DNA of 64,000 nucleotides from Monocercomonoides exilis PA203 (lineage: Eukaryota > Protista > Preaxostyla). A program made the position numbers and the translations under genes. The DNA is taken from the NCBI GenBank assembly GCA_001643675.2, contig LSRY02000055.1, positions 124,001-188,000 on the forward strand, written 5' to 3'. The notes under the pieces were generated by a model. The model was not told the DNA's origin. It did no database searches and saw nothing but the letters and a program-made list of their open reading frames with translations. Shown in pieces: positions 10,925-23,900 of the stretch; within the stretch, counting starts at the first letter, position 1; the number at the start of each line of letters is the position of its first letter.

Positions 10925-13900
10925 GGCATAGGTCTGAATCGTACCATTTTGTTGAAGGCTTTAAAAATTCTGAAATTCACATACTAATATTCGTAATAAT
11001 TATTAGCAATAGGAACCACTCGGAATGAAGCAAAAAAACAATGTTGAAAAACACTAACAAAATTTATTGATCAACTTACCATAATATTTTCTTTTCAACT
11101 GACTGTGATTTAAAATTCAATTTACCGACTTTGTGGAGTTTTAAGCGATTTTTTAATTCAATATTTGAAGAAAAAGTTTAATTTATTATGCTGTAATTGG
11201 AAAGAAAAGACAAATATTCATTTATCTATCGTGATTATTTCTGAATAAGAAAATACGCGATATATCAGCTTTCACAAAATAACATGATTTCAAAATTGGC
11301 TTATGAGAAATAAAAGTTTGCAAATGCATGTCCAATAGTATGAATATGTTTCCATTATTGATTTTGAAGATTACAATATGTTTTTTGAATATTCTTTGTT
11401 GAATTTTTTTTTGAAACAATATTTTGAAATTTATAAAATTGAAAAAGTTTCGATTGGATATGTGTCCTTCATTTCAATGCTCATGAACACGATTGTTAAG
11501 CTTGAAGGAGGAGAATCGCTGTTTAGAAAGGATTTAGGTGCATGAATGAGACGAATTCATTGAAGGAAGATTTATAAAGTTTGATGGTTCAAAAACTACA
11601 GTGGAAACAAAGGAGAAGATGAAATATTCAGTTGAATGTCTTTTTCAAGAGGAAATTAGAGAAGATGAATAGAATGAAAGAAAATGGATTGGGGTTTGGA
11701 TATGCAGCTGAAATGCATTGGAAGAAGGAGCAGTGAAACGGAAGGGATGAAAAAGGCACAGAATATTAAAAAATGTTGGACAAGCGTGCATGAGGTTTGA
11801 TATTGTGATTGGATTTAGTGGGAAGTTGGAAGAAAAGGAAGAAAGAGAAGAAAAAGAATAATGGAATGGAGATACTGTGGAAGGTTTATGAAAGAGGCCG
11901 AGAAGTATTAATAGGTGATGATTCTGTGCTTGTTATGATTGGGGATTTCGACTTTAATATAGCTGTTGGAGATGATTATGGAAGAGACATTATCTGCATG
12001 TTTCGAAGCAGCATCAGCAGAATAACATGCTTAAGAAAAATAGAGAAAGACGAGTGGCATTGTGCAGTGAGTGAAGGCGAAGCTGAGGAAAGGATGCCTG
12101 ATGTGCACACACCTCATGGAACAGATGCACATGGCAAAAGATGTTGAGGAGGTGTTGGATTTTGGAAGGGCACGGAAAGAAGAGGGAGATGAAGAACATT
12201 TGGAGTGAGTGGATCTTGTTATGACAAGAGAAGAAAGATGAAGGAAAGGGAGCATTTGAATTGTGTTATGCACAGAGGGTTTGGAACTGTCTTCATAAAT
12301 TTATTGGGAATTGCTTTGTGATGTTTTGAGAGATTTCAATCTCTGCACTCTCTCTTTTTTTTTCATTAAAATTGTTGATTTTCTTTTTTCAGAACAATTC
12401 TGGGTTTGCACATTTTTGTTCCATTATCAGTTTTTTCTTTCATTCACTTTTTATTCCACAAAACTTGATAAAATACAACACATGAATGTTTTGTTTTGCT
12501 TTTGTTTCAGATTTTGTAACGAATTTGTGAAAGTCCATTTCAAAAGAAAACATTTATTCTAACATTTTATCAATATTGCGATTCGATATTTTTTATGAAA
12601 AAATTCAGAGTTCGATAAATGAGGAGTGAATCAGAATTATAAGAAAGCAAGCACTTCTCGTTTTGGCAACAGCATCTTATAGGATCAGGTTTTGATTTCG
12701 GTTCCTTCAAAGTTGGCAATTCAATCTTTGAGAAGATACAGTTTTATTGACTTTTTTATCTCACTCCATCCGTCGTCAGCTGCCTCTATTCCATTTCAAG
12801 CGCACATTTTGGAAACGCTCTCCCTTCTGATGTTGACAAATTGATCACCACATCTATTTGTGAAAGAATTCTGCTTCTCGCTGATACCACAAACATACTC
12901 GTCGAAGAAGGATTTGCATTTGAGAGCAATCAACCTTCAAATGAATCATTTCAAGATGGCCTGTCGTCACATTGAACAGCTCTCTTGTTGATGAAAGTGC
13001 CCGTGTTTCGATCGAACTTTTATCTTTGCCTTTCCCAATGACCGAAATTTTCTTTTCCCCAATCTCAACTGTTGTTGCCTCGCTTGTGTGATTCCCATCC
13101 ATCAGCGTGACTGACAAGCTAATCTGCACCTCGCACATCTCAAACGCCTTCTTCACTGTCAGACACGGATTTGTTTCATTTACCCCACAAAGCGGAGATG
13201 TATCATTTCCATTCACCGAGACATAGATCGTCTTGTCCTTCAGCCAATACCACTTTTCCGTGTGCTGAAATGTCCAAGCATTTGCATTTGAGTAGTTGTA
13301 GGCATAGCACATTCTCTTCTCATCTGCATTTGTGGTGTAACATTCATGAAATGGATTTCCTGACTCTAAATACAGATTGTATGTATCTGCAAATTCAGCA
13401 TCATGTCCACGTGGATAAGTTGCATCTCTACAGCTGCATTCATGAAAAAATAAGAAGAAGCAATATAATTTATTATCAGGCGATGTTGCTCGATTTGGAT
13501 AAAGACACAATCCTCCTCCCTCTTGCCGTGCTGAACATGAAATAAATTGAATGCTCCTCATTTTGAATTGTGTGGCGGGAACAGTTTTACAAAACATGCC
13601 TCCATTACAATTTCCAAATAGCGTGCACGACGTGAAACTGCAGTCAAACACATACGCGCTCTCTCCTTTGCCATTTTCTGTTCCAATACACTCTGATTCT
13701 TAAACATGAAATCTGGAAAGAAAAAGCCAATTTCTTATGTTACTCGCTTTGCAATTCTGGAATTCGCATCCGCTGATCCTGACACACGAAGTGATATTAT
13801 AAGCACATATCTTTCCTCCATAATTTTTTTGGGCAGTGCAGGCATTGAATGAGTTGTTCTCAATATTTATTGAACTGATTGAACGACACATAATTCCTCC

Positions 13901-14471
13901 ACCACAACAACATACAGAGCAGTCATTGAACAAGCATTATTAAACCGGAAGCATCAGATGACAGGCCGTTTTAGAAAATAGCTCTTCCATTCGAAGTTCC
14001 GTTATCATGAAAGACAATATTTCCACAGATTTCGATTAATTCCTTGTGCACTTAAAAATATGTGATTTCGAACGGTAACCAAAATGATCAATTATCTCTC
14101 ATTTATCGATCTTATTTCAGCAAAAAAAATGCATATAGCAATGGCATTCATTAGCGAAGATCTCGAAAATATCAATCAAACATTCAATTTTAAAAAAACT
14201 CTAAAATGCATTCACCACATTCATGAATATATATAATGAGCGATGAAGCTAACAAACTCCTTTAGAAATTTCAAAAACAAATTATTGTGGGATAGATCTG
14301 TATTTAATAATAATATGGGAAGTTGATATATAATTTTTTTGGTGTTTTTCAACATTGTTTTTTTGCTTCATTCCGAGTGGTTCCTATTGCTAATTATTAT
14401 TACGAATATTAACATGTAAATTTCAGAATTTTTAAAGCCTTCAACAAAATGGTACGATTCAGACCTATGCC
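10925..14471. mobile_element. Non-autonomous long-TIR DNA element (3547 bp) with 8-bp TSD, carrying host gene fragments
   Basis: ~165-bp TIRs start GGCATAGGTCTGAATCGTACC (10925-~11090 and ~14305-14471), with about 4 mismatches in the first ~128 bp. TSD AACATTTG is at 10917-10924 and 14472-14479. Excision restores the RT frame. Confidence 0.93.
12740..14010 (-). pseudogene. Internal fragment of the giant surface-protein family, inside the TIR element
   Basis: FNDC..GGGIMC, AYNITSCVRISGCEFQ, MRSIQFISCSA, KLYCFFLFFHECSC, PCLTVKKA align with the N-terminal third of ORF 17970-25601. Stops and frameshifts are present. Confidence 0.85.
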
Positions 14472-14479
14472 AACATTTG

Positions 14480-15183
14480 TCCTTGATAATCAAGCCCAGA
14501 TTTTCCAAAAATCGAATCACCTAGCTTGTGATTTCTTTCAATATGTTGAAATCTTGATGCAGGAGAATCAGATTGTCCAAGTTCGATGTCACTCTCACAT
14601 TCCATTTTCTTTTGATTTCCGTTTTGACTTTCCTCATGACTTTTGTGAAATACCTTGGTGCATCTGTGTATCCGAACGGCATGCCGTTGAAAGCGTAATC
14701 TAAACCTTTTAATCTGAATGTGAGATATGGTCTGAGTTTATTCGAAACTGGAATTAGATAATATGCTTGAGACAAATCCATCGTCACCGCGAAATCGTTC
14801 CTCATTATTAGCCTTTCCACTGTTCTTTTGTTCTCGCATTTGAAATGAACTTTTTTCATTGCAGCATTCAGAATTCTGCAATCCAAAATCTGCCTCCACG
14901 CTCCTGACTTTTTCTGAATGAGAAACACATTGTTCCGGAATTTCACATCTTTGGGAGGAATTCTGCTCACAATCCCTGTTTCCAGCTGTTCCTTCAATTC
15001 CTTTCGAAAAGCCATCCTTTGGTTCATACTCATAAGCAATGCTCCATCCCTGATTGTCTTCTTTTCCAAACCATCTCTTGCCTCGCGATTGCGCAAATGA
15101 GCCTGGACTCCATTTTTGATGAATTTTTCTTTGTCTATTTTTCTCCATTCTTGAATATAGTCCGCTGTCAGACCTCCTTCCTT
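14480..15183 (-). pseudogene. Reverse transcriptase N-terminal part of DIRS-like element
   Basis: GGLTADYIQEW, NVFLIQKKSGAWRQILDCRILN, MDLSQAYYLIPV, FNGMPFGYTDAPRYFTKVMR. The YxDD motif is degraded to NLDN and there is a TAG at 14521-14523. Confidence 0.9.
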
Positions 15184-16057
15184 TCAAGCTTCTAAAGACC
15201 TTCTCGTCTGAGCTTCTTCTAATTCTTCTGCAGTTCCGCGGTTCGTCCTGTGGAGCTTCTCTTCCAATAATCTCTCCTTGCTCCTATGCTTCGAAACATG
15301 GACAACAGGGGTCTTTCCTGAAATAACTGTTTTCCTCTGGAAATTTGTGGTGTCGGATGATATTTTTTGGAGAAGAATAAATATATGAAGATCCCTGCTG
15401 CCTCTTCTGCTCCTTTGAAAGCTCTTTCTAAATCTGTTCCTTACGCTTTGTTTGCAGGCCTCCTGATAGTTCCGAGTCCATCTTTTCCGCCGCGCGAAAA
15501 CCGATTCTTCCTTCGATTCTGCACTTCCTTGCTTCATGAAGTGCTTGGGAAACCATTAGAATTGCTTCCTTTATCATCCGTTTGTGGCTCTCTGCTTCAT
15601 CGATCTTGACTTAAAGCTCCATCCGTAATGCCGTTAATGTTGGATATAAGATTTTTTCTACTCGTTCTCCTGCTCTGTCTAAGGCATCCCGATACCAAAA
15701 CGACCTTCTGCTTGATGCTGAAGGAGATGCTTTTAAAACCGGGCTGAAATCCTGTTCGTTGAAGCAGTTTGCAATGTTTTCCAACATCGACTTCGGCATT
15801 CGAAAATCAAAAATGGAAGTTGTTGGTTCGACTCCAAATATTGATTTGAACAAATCATCAATAGTTCGAGTATCTGGTGCTTTGTGTGAAATGGGTGAAG
15901 GCTGTGACTCTAATTCAGCGTGTGAAAAGATATTTGAAGAAGCTGTTGGTATCTGGGAGCTCCTGTATTGGGAACTCGTTGGACTACTGATCTGCATTGC
16001 AGAACCAGTTGAAAGTGCGAGCCCAGCTTGCAATTGGGTTTGTTGTGTGCGAAACAT
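15184..16057 (-). pseudogene. gag-like 5' ORF region of DIRS-like element
   Basis: ORFs 15611-16057 and 15184-15537 lie between the 5' ITR and RT. Assignment is positional only. Confidence 0.5.
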
Positions 16058-16569
16058 TTCTGATCACGAAAAGTGACATGACCCATTAAGTGGCTTCTCT
16101 CAACAAGAAGAGAAGAGATTGAATAAAAGTTTTCTTGACAATTATAATGTTATGCAATTTAATTGAAAACAAAAAACTGTTCAAAATTAAAAAGCACATT
16201 GATAATTATCTAAAAATGAGAATTTTGAAGATCATGAAATTGTTGATAAACAGTAACCAGATACCAATTCCAATTCACTATTTTTAAAAATTATCTTTTC
16301 TTTTCTTTTTTTGTTGAAAACATAATCTTTTCAACACAATCATTTTATTGAATTTTTTGATCAATCGAAATATTTGAAATATCGAAAGAAATATCTTCGC
16401 TCACAATAGTTTTATTTTGATGATTTTGAAAAGTGAATTTATCGGAAAATAGTTGTTTCACAGTTTCTGAAAAAAATTACAAATGATTTCTTTTCATCCT
16501 GCCATTTCCCTAAATGTTTATCCCTTGAAACCTCAACTCTAAAAACAATCTTTAATCGTCTAAGATTAC

Positions 16570-16800
16570 CACTATATTACTGGATCCAGTAACATTCCAC
16601 CAGCAAATGTTGTGTTAAACAATGTTGCCTTTTTGCGTCTTTGCGATTTAGGAAGAAGAGGACACAATGTTTCTTTCAAAATGACTATTTTTTCATTTGA
16701 CTGTTTCATAAATACACCTGTTTCATGCATATTGGTGATCAAATCAAATGTTATTTGATAGTCATCGATAACGTTTTGGAATAAAGAAAATCAAATCTTT
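16570..16800 (-). pseudogene. Degraded pogo/DDE_1-type transposase remnant
   Basis: Translation NVIDDYQITFDLITNMHETGVFMKQ..RKKATLFNTTFAGGMLLDPVI* resembles the IxNxDETG...T...G..L.P.vI segment of DDE_1 transposases. Confidence 0.5.
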
Positions 16801-17969
16801 TTGTTCAAAATTATTGAAGTTAGAAAGTCTAAGCTGATCTATATATGTTGGCTTGTTTTATTTCTTTAATCCTCATTTCTCAATGAACCTGCTTACATAT
16901 TTTCAGTTAATAATCAATGGATCAGATATTTTTTTCTCCTCATTATAAAGTTTTCTGCCTGTCATTAAAATATTTATATTAAATAATCAATAGAAAAGGA
17001 CAACACGCGAATCAAAATATTTCTGAAACTGTAAATTAGTTGAAAAATTTTATTTGAGAATTTGGACAATCCTCAATTTTGTCTATTTCTTTTATGTGAA
17101 ACAATCTTGGATGATCAATATGATGAGGATCTTTTCCAGCTTTCATTGAAGCAATGTGTCGGTTTTCCAGAAATTCAGAAATGATTTTGCATATTCAATT
17201 AATGGAAATATGATCAATGGAATTTTTTGTGTTTGTCAAGAGCATATGAGCGTGATTTTTAAATCTTTTTAATGAAATTAGAAAAGTGTGTTTCAATGAT
17301 TGTTTTCCATTTTTTTGAAATTTGGATACACAATAGAGATATTTTAAACAACAGAAATATCTCAGATTTTATCTCTATCCCAGGTTTTTCAATTGACCAT
17401 TTCTCAAAGATGTATTCAAAATGGTTAACAGAGAATTATTTTTTGATTTGATATTTATTTTTGATAAAGTGCAAAATGTTTATTTATTTTCCAGAGTTTT
17501 GCCACTTTCAATAACAATCAGAAAACAACAAAAGTTTGTTATTTTTCTCTTTAAGATGCGAATATGGTTCAAAAAATAATTGTTCCAATTCTTTTAAAGA
17601 ATTCAGTCAATATAACACAAGGTGTGTTTTATTTTAATTTGAACAAGCCCTCCTTCTCCTCTTTTGCTCAATTTGGGACTTTTTTATTGCTTTTATTTCA
17701 CATTCAAAATTTTTAAGTTGCAAAATTTTTTCTGAATGAAAACAACATGAAACAATAAACGATTTGTTCATATTGTTTTCGTTAATCTTATTTGATTTTG
17801 GCGCTTCTTGACAGTTTATGGATCCTTTGCACTCAGACAAATGTTAACCACTGGCATGGAAAGGTGTTTGCTTCTGTTAAAAATTAAATGAGAAATGTTG
17901 CAAATTTGAAGTGAATGGAAAACGTGCGATTTTGATTGGAGTGCGTCGATTTTATCTTGTTCATTGTGG

Positions 17970-20900
17970 CTACACATCGTTTTCAATCAATTCTCTCAAT
18001 GATTCTTTCACTTCTGCCAATGTTGGTCTTTCGTTTGGCTCATCTGCCCACATCTTCTCCATCAGCTCAATCAGATCTTCTCCTTCAATTCCTTCTGTCA
18101 GTGGTCGCACTCCATCTCTCATCATCTCTTGTGCTTCTTCTGCCTCACACTCACTCAATGGTACTTCTCCTGTTGTCATTTCATGGAGAACCAGTCCAAG
18201 TGTGAAAACAACTGCCTTTTCAATTCCCTCTTCTTCATCTCCCGCTTCAGGCGCCTTCCATCGCTTCATTTCTTCCTTCTGCTTTTCATCTTTCAATTCC
18301 TCTGTCAAAACAAATATTTCATTTTTAATTCCTTCCTCAACAAAGATCGAATATGGGCACAATTGTTTCCCCATCATTTCCACCCTTTCGTCTCCAACTG
18401 ATATCAAATGCTCAAATAGCTCTGCCACTGCCATCACCACTTCCTTCCCATCAACAACATCCATCACCCTTGTTCCCAGTGTGAAATCACCTTGAACTGA
18501 ATGAATTACTGAGTGCAATATTTTCAGATTCTTTTTCTCTTTCTCTCGAAATGGCTTCTTTGCTGATATAACATTGAGTGAATGAGATTTTGGCACTCCA
18601 GCAGTAGAATAATTCTCGGAAAATGGCAATGGTGATTCCAAATCTGGAAGATCATTTTCATTCAGCATTCCATCAATCATTGATGGAGGCTCTGGAATAC
18701 CTTCATCGTTGTCAATGAGAAGTGGAATTTGGCTCGTCATTCCTTCCAGCAATGTTGATGGCATGTCACTCATCTCAAAGCTTCCTCCATTGTTTTCCCT
18801 TCTTCTCCTCTCCATCTTCTGCATTATTTGCTCGTTTTCTAATCTCTCTTTTTCAACTTTCCTTTCTGATTCTATCAGTTTCCTTCGCTGAACCACAGCC
18901 ATCACAACAATCACAAATAACAGAATTGCAACAATTTCAATACAACCAATAAAGGCAAATAAACTCCATTCAAAATTCGATCCTCCTATATTATTTTTAT
19001 TCCCTCCTTCTGAAATTCTATCATCTCCAGATGAAGGAGACACAGTTTTATTTATCACAACCAATTTATTAGAGGATAATGAATTCCCTTTCCCAAACAG
19101 GATGCTCATGCTCACTTCTGTTTTCTTTCCCATCACTTCCACCTGCTCTGACGTGATAACCGAATGAATTTCGTTTTCTGAAACACACTCATTTTCTTCT
19201 ATCTTTTGTGTTTGGATCAGTTCAACGTCCCCGTCTTTCATGCTTATCTTCAGCGACAAGTTGCACGGAAGAAGCAGCTTCCCGCGAATGCTCAAGTCCA
19301 TGCTCCCGCTCGCCTGTGTTGTGTTCTTCACTTCTTCCAGAACCGGGATGAAATACGATGATCCTCTTTCCGAAGCTATCCCTCCCAATTGGCATCCTTC
19401 GTCCAATATCCACAGAGATGTGTTTTTCTCGATTCCATCTCCCCCTTTCACACTCACAATATTCAACTCCCCGTTCCCTGTGCATATCACATTCCTTCGC
19501 GCTGATGGATATCCCTCAATAGAGGGGTTGTTGTCCTCAAACTTGCTGTTTTCAATCTTCACGCTTCCTCCGCTCACCCACAGCCCTCCATTTTTGCTCT
19601 TCATAACCGTTGTTTCCTTCATCTCCACATTGCTGCTTTCAATGTCAATCAACGAGCCGCTCCATTCGCACAATCCTTCTTTCCCCTTGTTTCCTTCGTT
19701 CGCTGTCTTTGCTTCTTTCTCCTCTTTCTCTCCATCAAACACACATATCTCAACCCTCACATCCTTGGATCGTCTTATCTGCATCATGCTTCCCTTCTCC
19801 ACCGAATTCGCGCTTTTTTCAAACGAGCAGTTCAGCACACTCACCTCCTGTTCTGCATCTTCCATCGCAACAACACATCTTTCTGATGCTACACTCACAT
19901 TCTCTATCGTCATGATCTTCATCACCACTTTCGCTTTACCCCCAACACTCACAACATCTCCCTCACTTTTGATATTTGAAATGCTCGTTTCAAGCAGCGT
20001 CACATTCGATTCTTTGTTGAATAATAGCACCGATCCTGCTGAATGCAAATCCCTGAATGTTGTTTCCGATATCCTAAGCTCTCCGCTTTCCACGCTAACA
20101 ATTGAATTGTTCAATTTCAGTTCATCGGAAGAGGAGAAGAATTTACATTCTTGAATTTTCGTAATTCCGTTCTTCACTTTCAGAATGAAGCTATGAGTTG
20201 ATATTAAAGTATCTTCAAACTGGAATGAGCACCTCTCAACTGCGCTTTCATTTATAAACTCCATGATGCAATCCTTCTCTGCCGATTTCTCAATCTTGGA
20301 TTTCAGCTTCACAATCGCCTGTGTCTTTTTGAACGATCTGACAACCAGATCTCCAATCACACATTCTCCAGAAACAACTCCTTCTCCGTCAATCAGAATC
20401 GCATTCATCACTCCTTCCTGAATGTGATCAATCGCGCAGTTGATGCTCTTGCATGGATTGCTCTGTGCCCCGCATCGTCTGCCATCTGCCCCTCCTTCAT
20501 TCACAAATACTTGAAGACCCTTATAGAATGTAATCCGAGGAATAACATCCATGTCAGTATTCCCTTTTAAATCGCTCCCACAGATGGAGTTGTTTGTACG
20601 CAATGATTCCTGATTGAAGTTCAAGGCAAACAGTGTTTCGTTGATCTGGTCTAGAATTGAATGGCATTTGATGAATATGTCTTTCCCAACAAATGCCTCG
20701 TTCAGCCTGAACAAGATATTCACAATCTTGAAATTCAGAGATGGAATCTGACTTTCATCATCAATGTTAACATTTGGATCGGCTCCATCGATGAACAGCC
20801 CTCCACCACGCCCTGATTCCGTCGAGCATCTGCACATCGAAAATGAGCTTCCATTAACTTTCAAAATCGATTCTTCACTCTTCAGCACCACTTTCATTCC

Positions 20901-23900
20901 TCCCCCTTCTGTGCTCAAATCGCTCCTGCACGTAGACATTGCGCAGTCTTCGATCGTGCATTCCATCGCATAATCAAACGATCCCAATTCAATGACGCTC
21001 GCACTGCTTCCTTCGTTCATGATGTTTTCAAACGAACAGTACACAACTTTCAACACAGGCTTGTTGCCATTCAAATGAGTGTTTTCATTTCCATTCATCT
21101 GGTTTTCCTCTTCTATCATCGAAATCAGGCTATTTTCTTTCAAAGTGGCTGATGAAATGTTCACATTCTGGATCGTCACCTGGCTCGCACTTTGGCTGAA
21201 AGCAATGAATCCTTTCAATTCGTTGATCTTATTCAACGTGCAGCTCTGAACCGCCGCGCTTCCTCCATTCACTTTTATCAGGCAATACTCAAAACTTTCA
21301 ACTGTCCCGCCAGCTGACCCAAATGAGCAGTCTGTGACTGACAAGACTGTATTCGTTCTTGACGATTCAATGAATACTGCATGACTGGTGGTTATGCTGG
21401 GTTTGGTGAACGAGACATTCACAAACGACAGACTCACATTAGATGATATCATTGCACCACTGCTGACAGCATTCCCATCTTCATCAGTAATTGTCACGCT
21501 TGTCCCTTTCTTTGTTCCTTTTATCGCAACTGCTGGTGCTTCTGAATCTGGCAAAGTTGGCAACGAAGACAAGAATGATATCGGATGGCTCAGCAACCCT
21601 GAATCCCCAATGCCGATCTGGGATTCGCCTTTTCCAAGTGGCTCATATCTCAGTGATATCAAGTGGTCGATCGATGAGCATGGTGCTTCAGAAAACCCAC
21701 ACCCGCTGAAGTCTCCTCCTTTCTCCTTCGATACAAACCCATCCTTGCTCCAGTTCCTCCACAAATATACAACCAGTGGAATCACATATCCATTTTCTCC
21801 TGTTGTCTTCCTTTCCCATCCACACAGCTCATCCAATGACTTCTTATCACTTGCACTCAATTCCTCTTTCAGTTTTTCGTTTGACATAACCTCACTCAGG
21901 TCATTTCCCGATATAAACACTTTCTTCCCTTTCCAAGCATTGCACCCGCTGAATGTCACTCCTTCCATCGTAAATGATCCCATTGTATCTGCCAGTCGAA
22001 CAAACATCCCTCCTCCCATTCCTCCTTTTCTCTCCGAACTATCCTCTGTTGGCACCTGGCATCCTGTAAATCGCACATCATTGATCTCCAAACTTCCTCC
22101 GTTCTCAACTGAAATCATCATCCCTCCTCCTTTCATCCCACTTCCACCTGTGCATATTGTTGAAATGCTGCAGTTATCCACAACTGCGCTTCCTCCTTCT
22201 TTTATTGCAGCACCAATGCAACCTCTTCCTTCTCCGCTCCAACCTTCCACCGTCACTCCACTCACTCTGCTGTTCTTTATCTCCAGCATCCCTCCATTGC
22301 TTATTGTTATTGGCGACTTCCCATTCATCGTCACCACACTTTCCATCACAAATCCGTCGACAGTCAGAGTTCCTCCATCAACGTTCAACACGTTGTATCC
22401 TATCTTTCCACCCGTAAATGCTCCACTTTCAAATAACACTGAACAGCTCGCCAGACGTAGTGTTGATGATGAATGGATGAGTGCTCTTCTTCTCGAACTC
22501 AACTGTCCTTTCACAACAAATGAAATACTGCATATAGTCAGAGAATTCGAACATCCGACAAAACAATCTTGTGTGCTTGATCCTCCATCAACCACATTCA
22601 CTTTCACCCTTGTTATCTCTTCTCCTGCTGTCACTTTTCCCGAAACACTCACATCGAATGAAGGCCCGATGATTTCATCATTTATTGATGATTCAGAAGA
22701 AACCTCAACTGTTTGGAAGCCTTTCGGAACTCGAGTGCTCATGCAATAATTGATTGTTTCACACCCAAACTTCTCAAATCCACAGTAGCTGTGATCCAAT
22801 GCCCTCTCTCCGCTCCCATCGACAGTCAGCTTCGATTCGATGGTGAACAAATACACAAACAGCGGAATCACTTTCTCATCTTTCCCATCCTCGCTCCCGC
22901 AAAACTTCAATTCATCCGACGGAATGGTGCTTGCGTCAAAAAATCTAAATGAGCTTGCATTCACTTTTGTCTCCAACAGCACACCACTCCCACAATGAAC
23001 AAACACATCCTTCCCATATTCTGCCATATTCTCCTTCACTTTTGAAAACTCAACATTTTCTCCAATTGTCAATCCACATTCTCCGCTCTCAATTCCCACA
23101 AATATTCCTCCTCCTCTCCCTCCATTTCCCTCACTTCCCCCATTATTCTCTGCCTTATTCCCATCAATCACACTCGTTCCATTCACCACAGCTTCCCCAT
23201 CACCTGTCAAGCAAACATAAAGTCCTCCCCCATTTCCATTGTGGCACTCACATCCTTCCATTGTTGTATTCCACACCACAAATGTCTCTCCACCCTTCAC
23301 ACTTTTTGCTATTACAACACCATCTCCTTCAGTCCGATTCACATTCCGAATTGTCACATTCCCCAGCAGACTCTCTTCTGATGATGATCCTGCCGATGAC
23401 GGATCTGTGAAAAGAGGCTGTGATATTTTCATGTTTTCTATCTCCACATCAATCGTCTTCAACTGCCTCAGCGCCACTTCAAACACACACTTCGTCATTC
23501 CACCCCCTCCTGATGTCGAAGAGTCGATCACAACATCCTCCAGCGAAAGAGTCCCGCTCCCCAGCGACACCACAAACACACTCGGCGATGAGCTTCTCAT
23601 CGAGTTGTGATCGATCCCCACATGCCCCACCTCCAGTTGGCCAGAAGATATGCTGAACAGCGTTGTCGAAGAGTTCGAAAGGGCACTCGTCCCAATCACA
23701 CTCACTGTCTTCCCTTTCCCCAAAACAGAAATCTTCTTTTCCCCAACACTGATCGTCGCCCCTTCACTCACATGCCTCCCACCCAGCAACGTGATTGTCG
23801 AGCTCAGCTGCTCCATGCTCGATTCCACTGCATGTCCCACTGTCTTGCAAGGTGCTGCCTCACTCACCCCACACAGATTGCTCGTGTCATCCCCACCCAC

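Larger units (their letters stand above)
8349..16120 (-). mobile_element. DIRS-like tyrosine-recombinase retrotransposon, decayed, interrupted by a 3.55-kb TIR element
   Basis: Order gag-like, RT, RNase H, adenine methylase, with overlapping YR. A perfect 20-bp inverted repeat TTCTCTTCTTGTTGAGAGAA lies at 8355-8374 and 16095-16114. Confidence 0.9.

Noticed and set aside
10925-10980. ORF starts MVRFRPMP shared by ORFs 10750-10980 and 14449-14703
   Set aside because: This is just the TIR sequence read outward from both ends, not a gene.
19240-22749. Long antisense ORFs (also 608-1843)
   Set aside because: They are shadows of codon bias in the large sense-strand genes and have no recognisable motifs.
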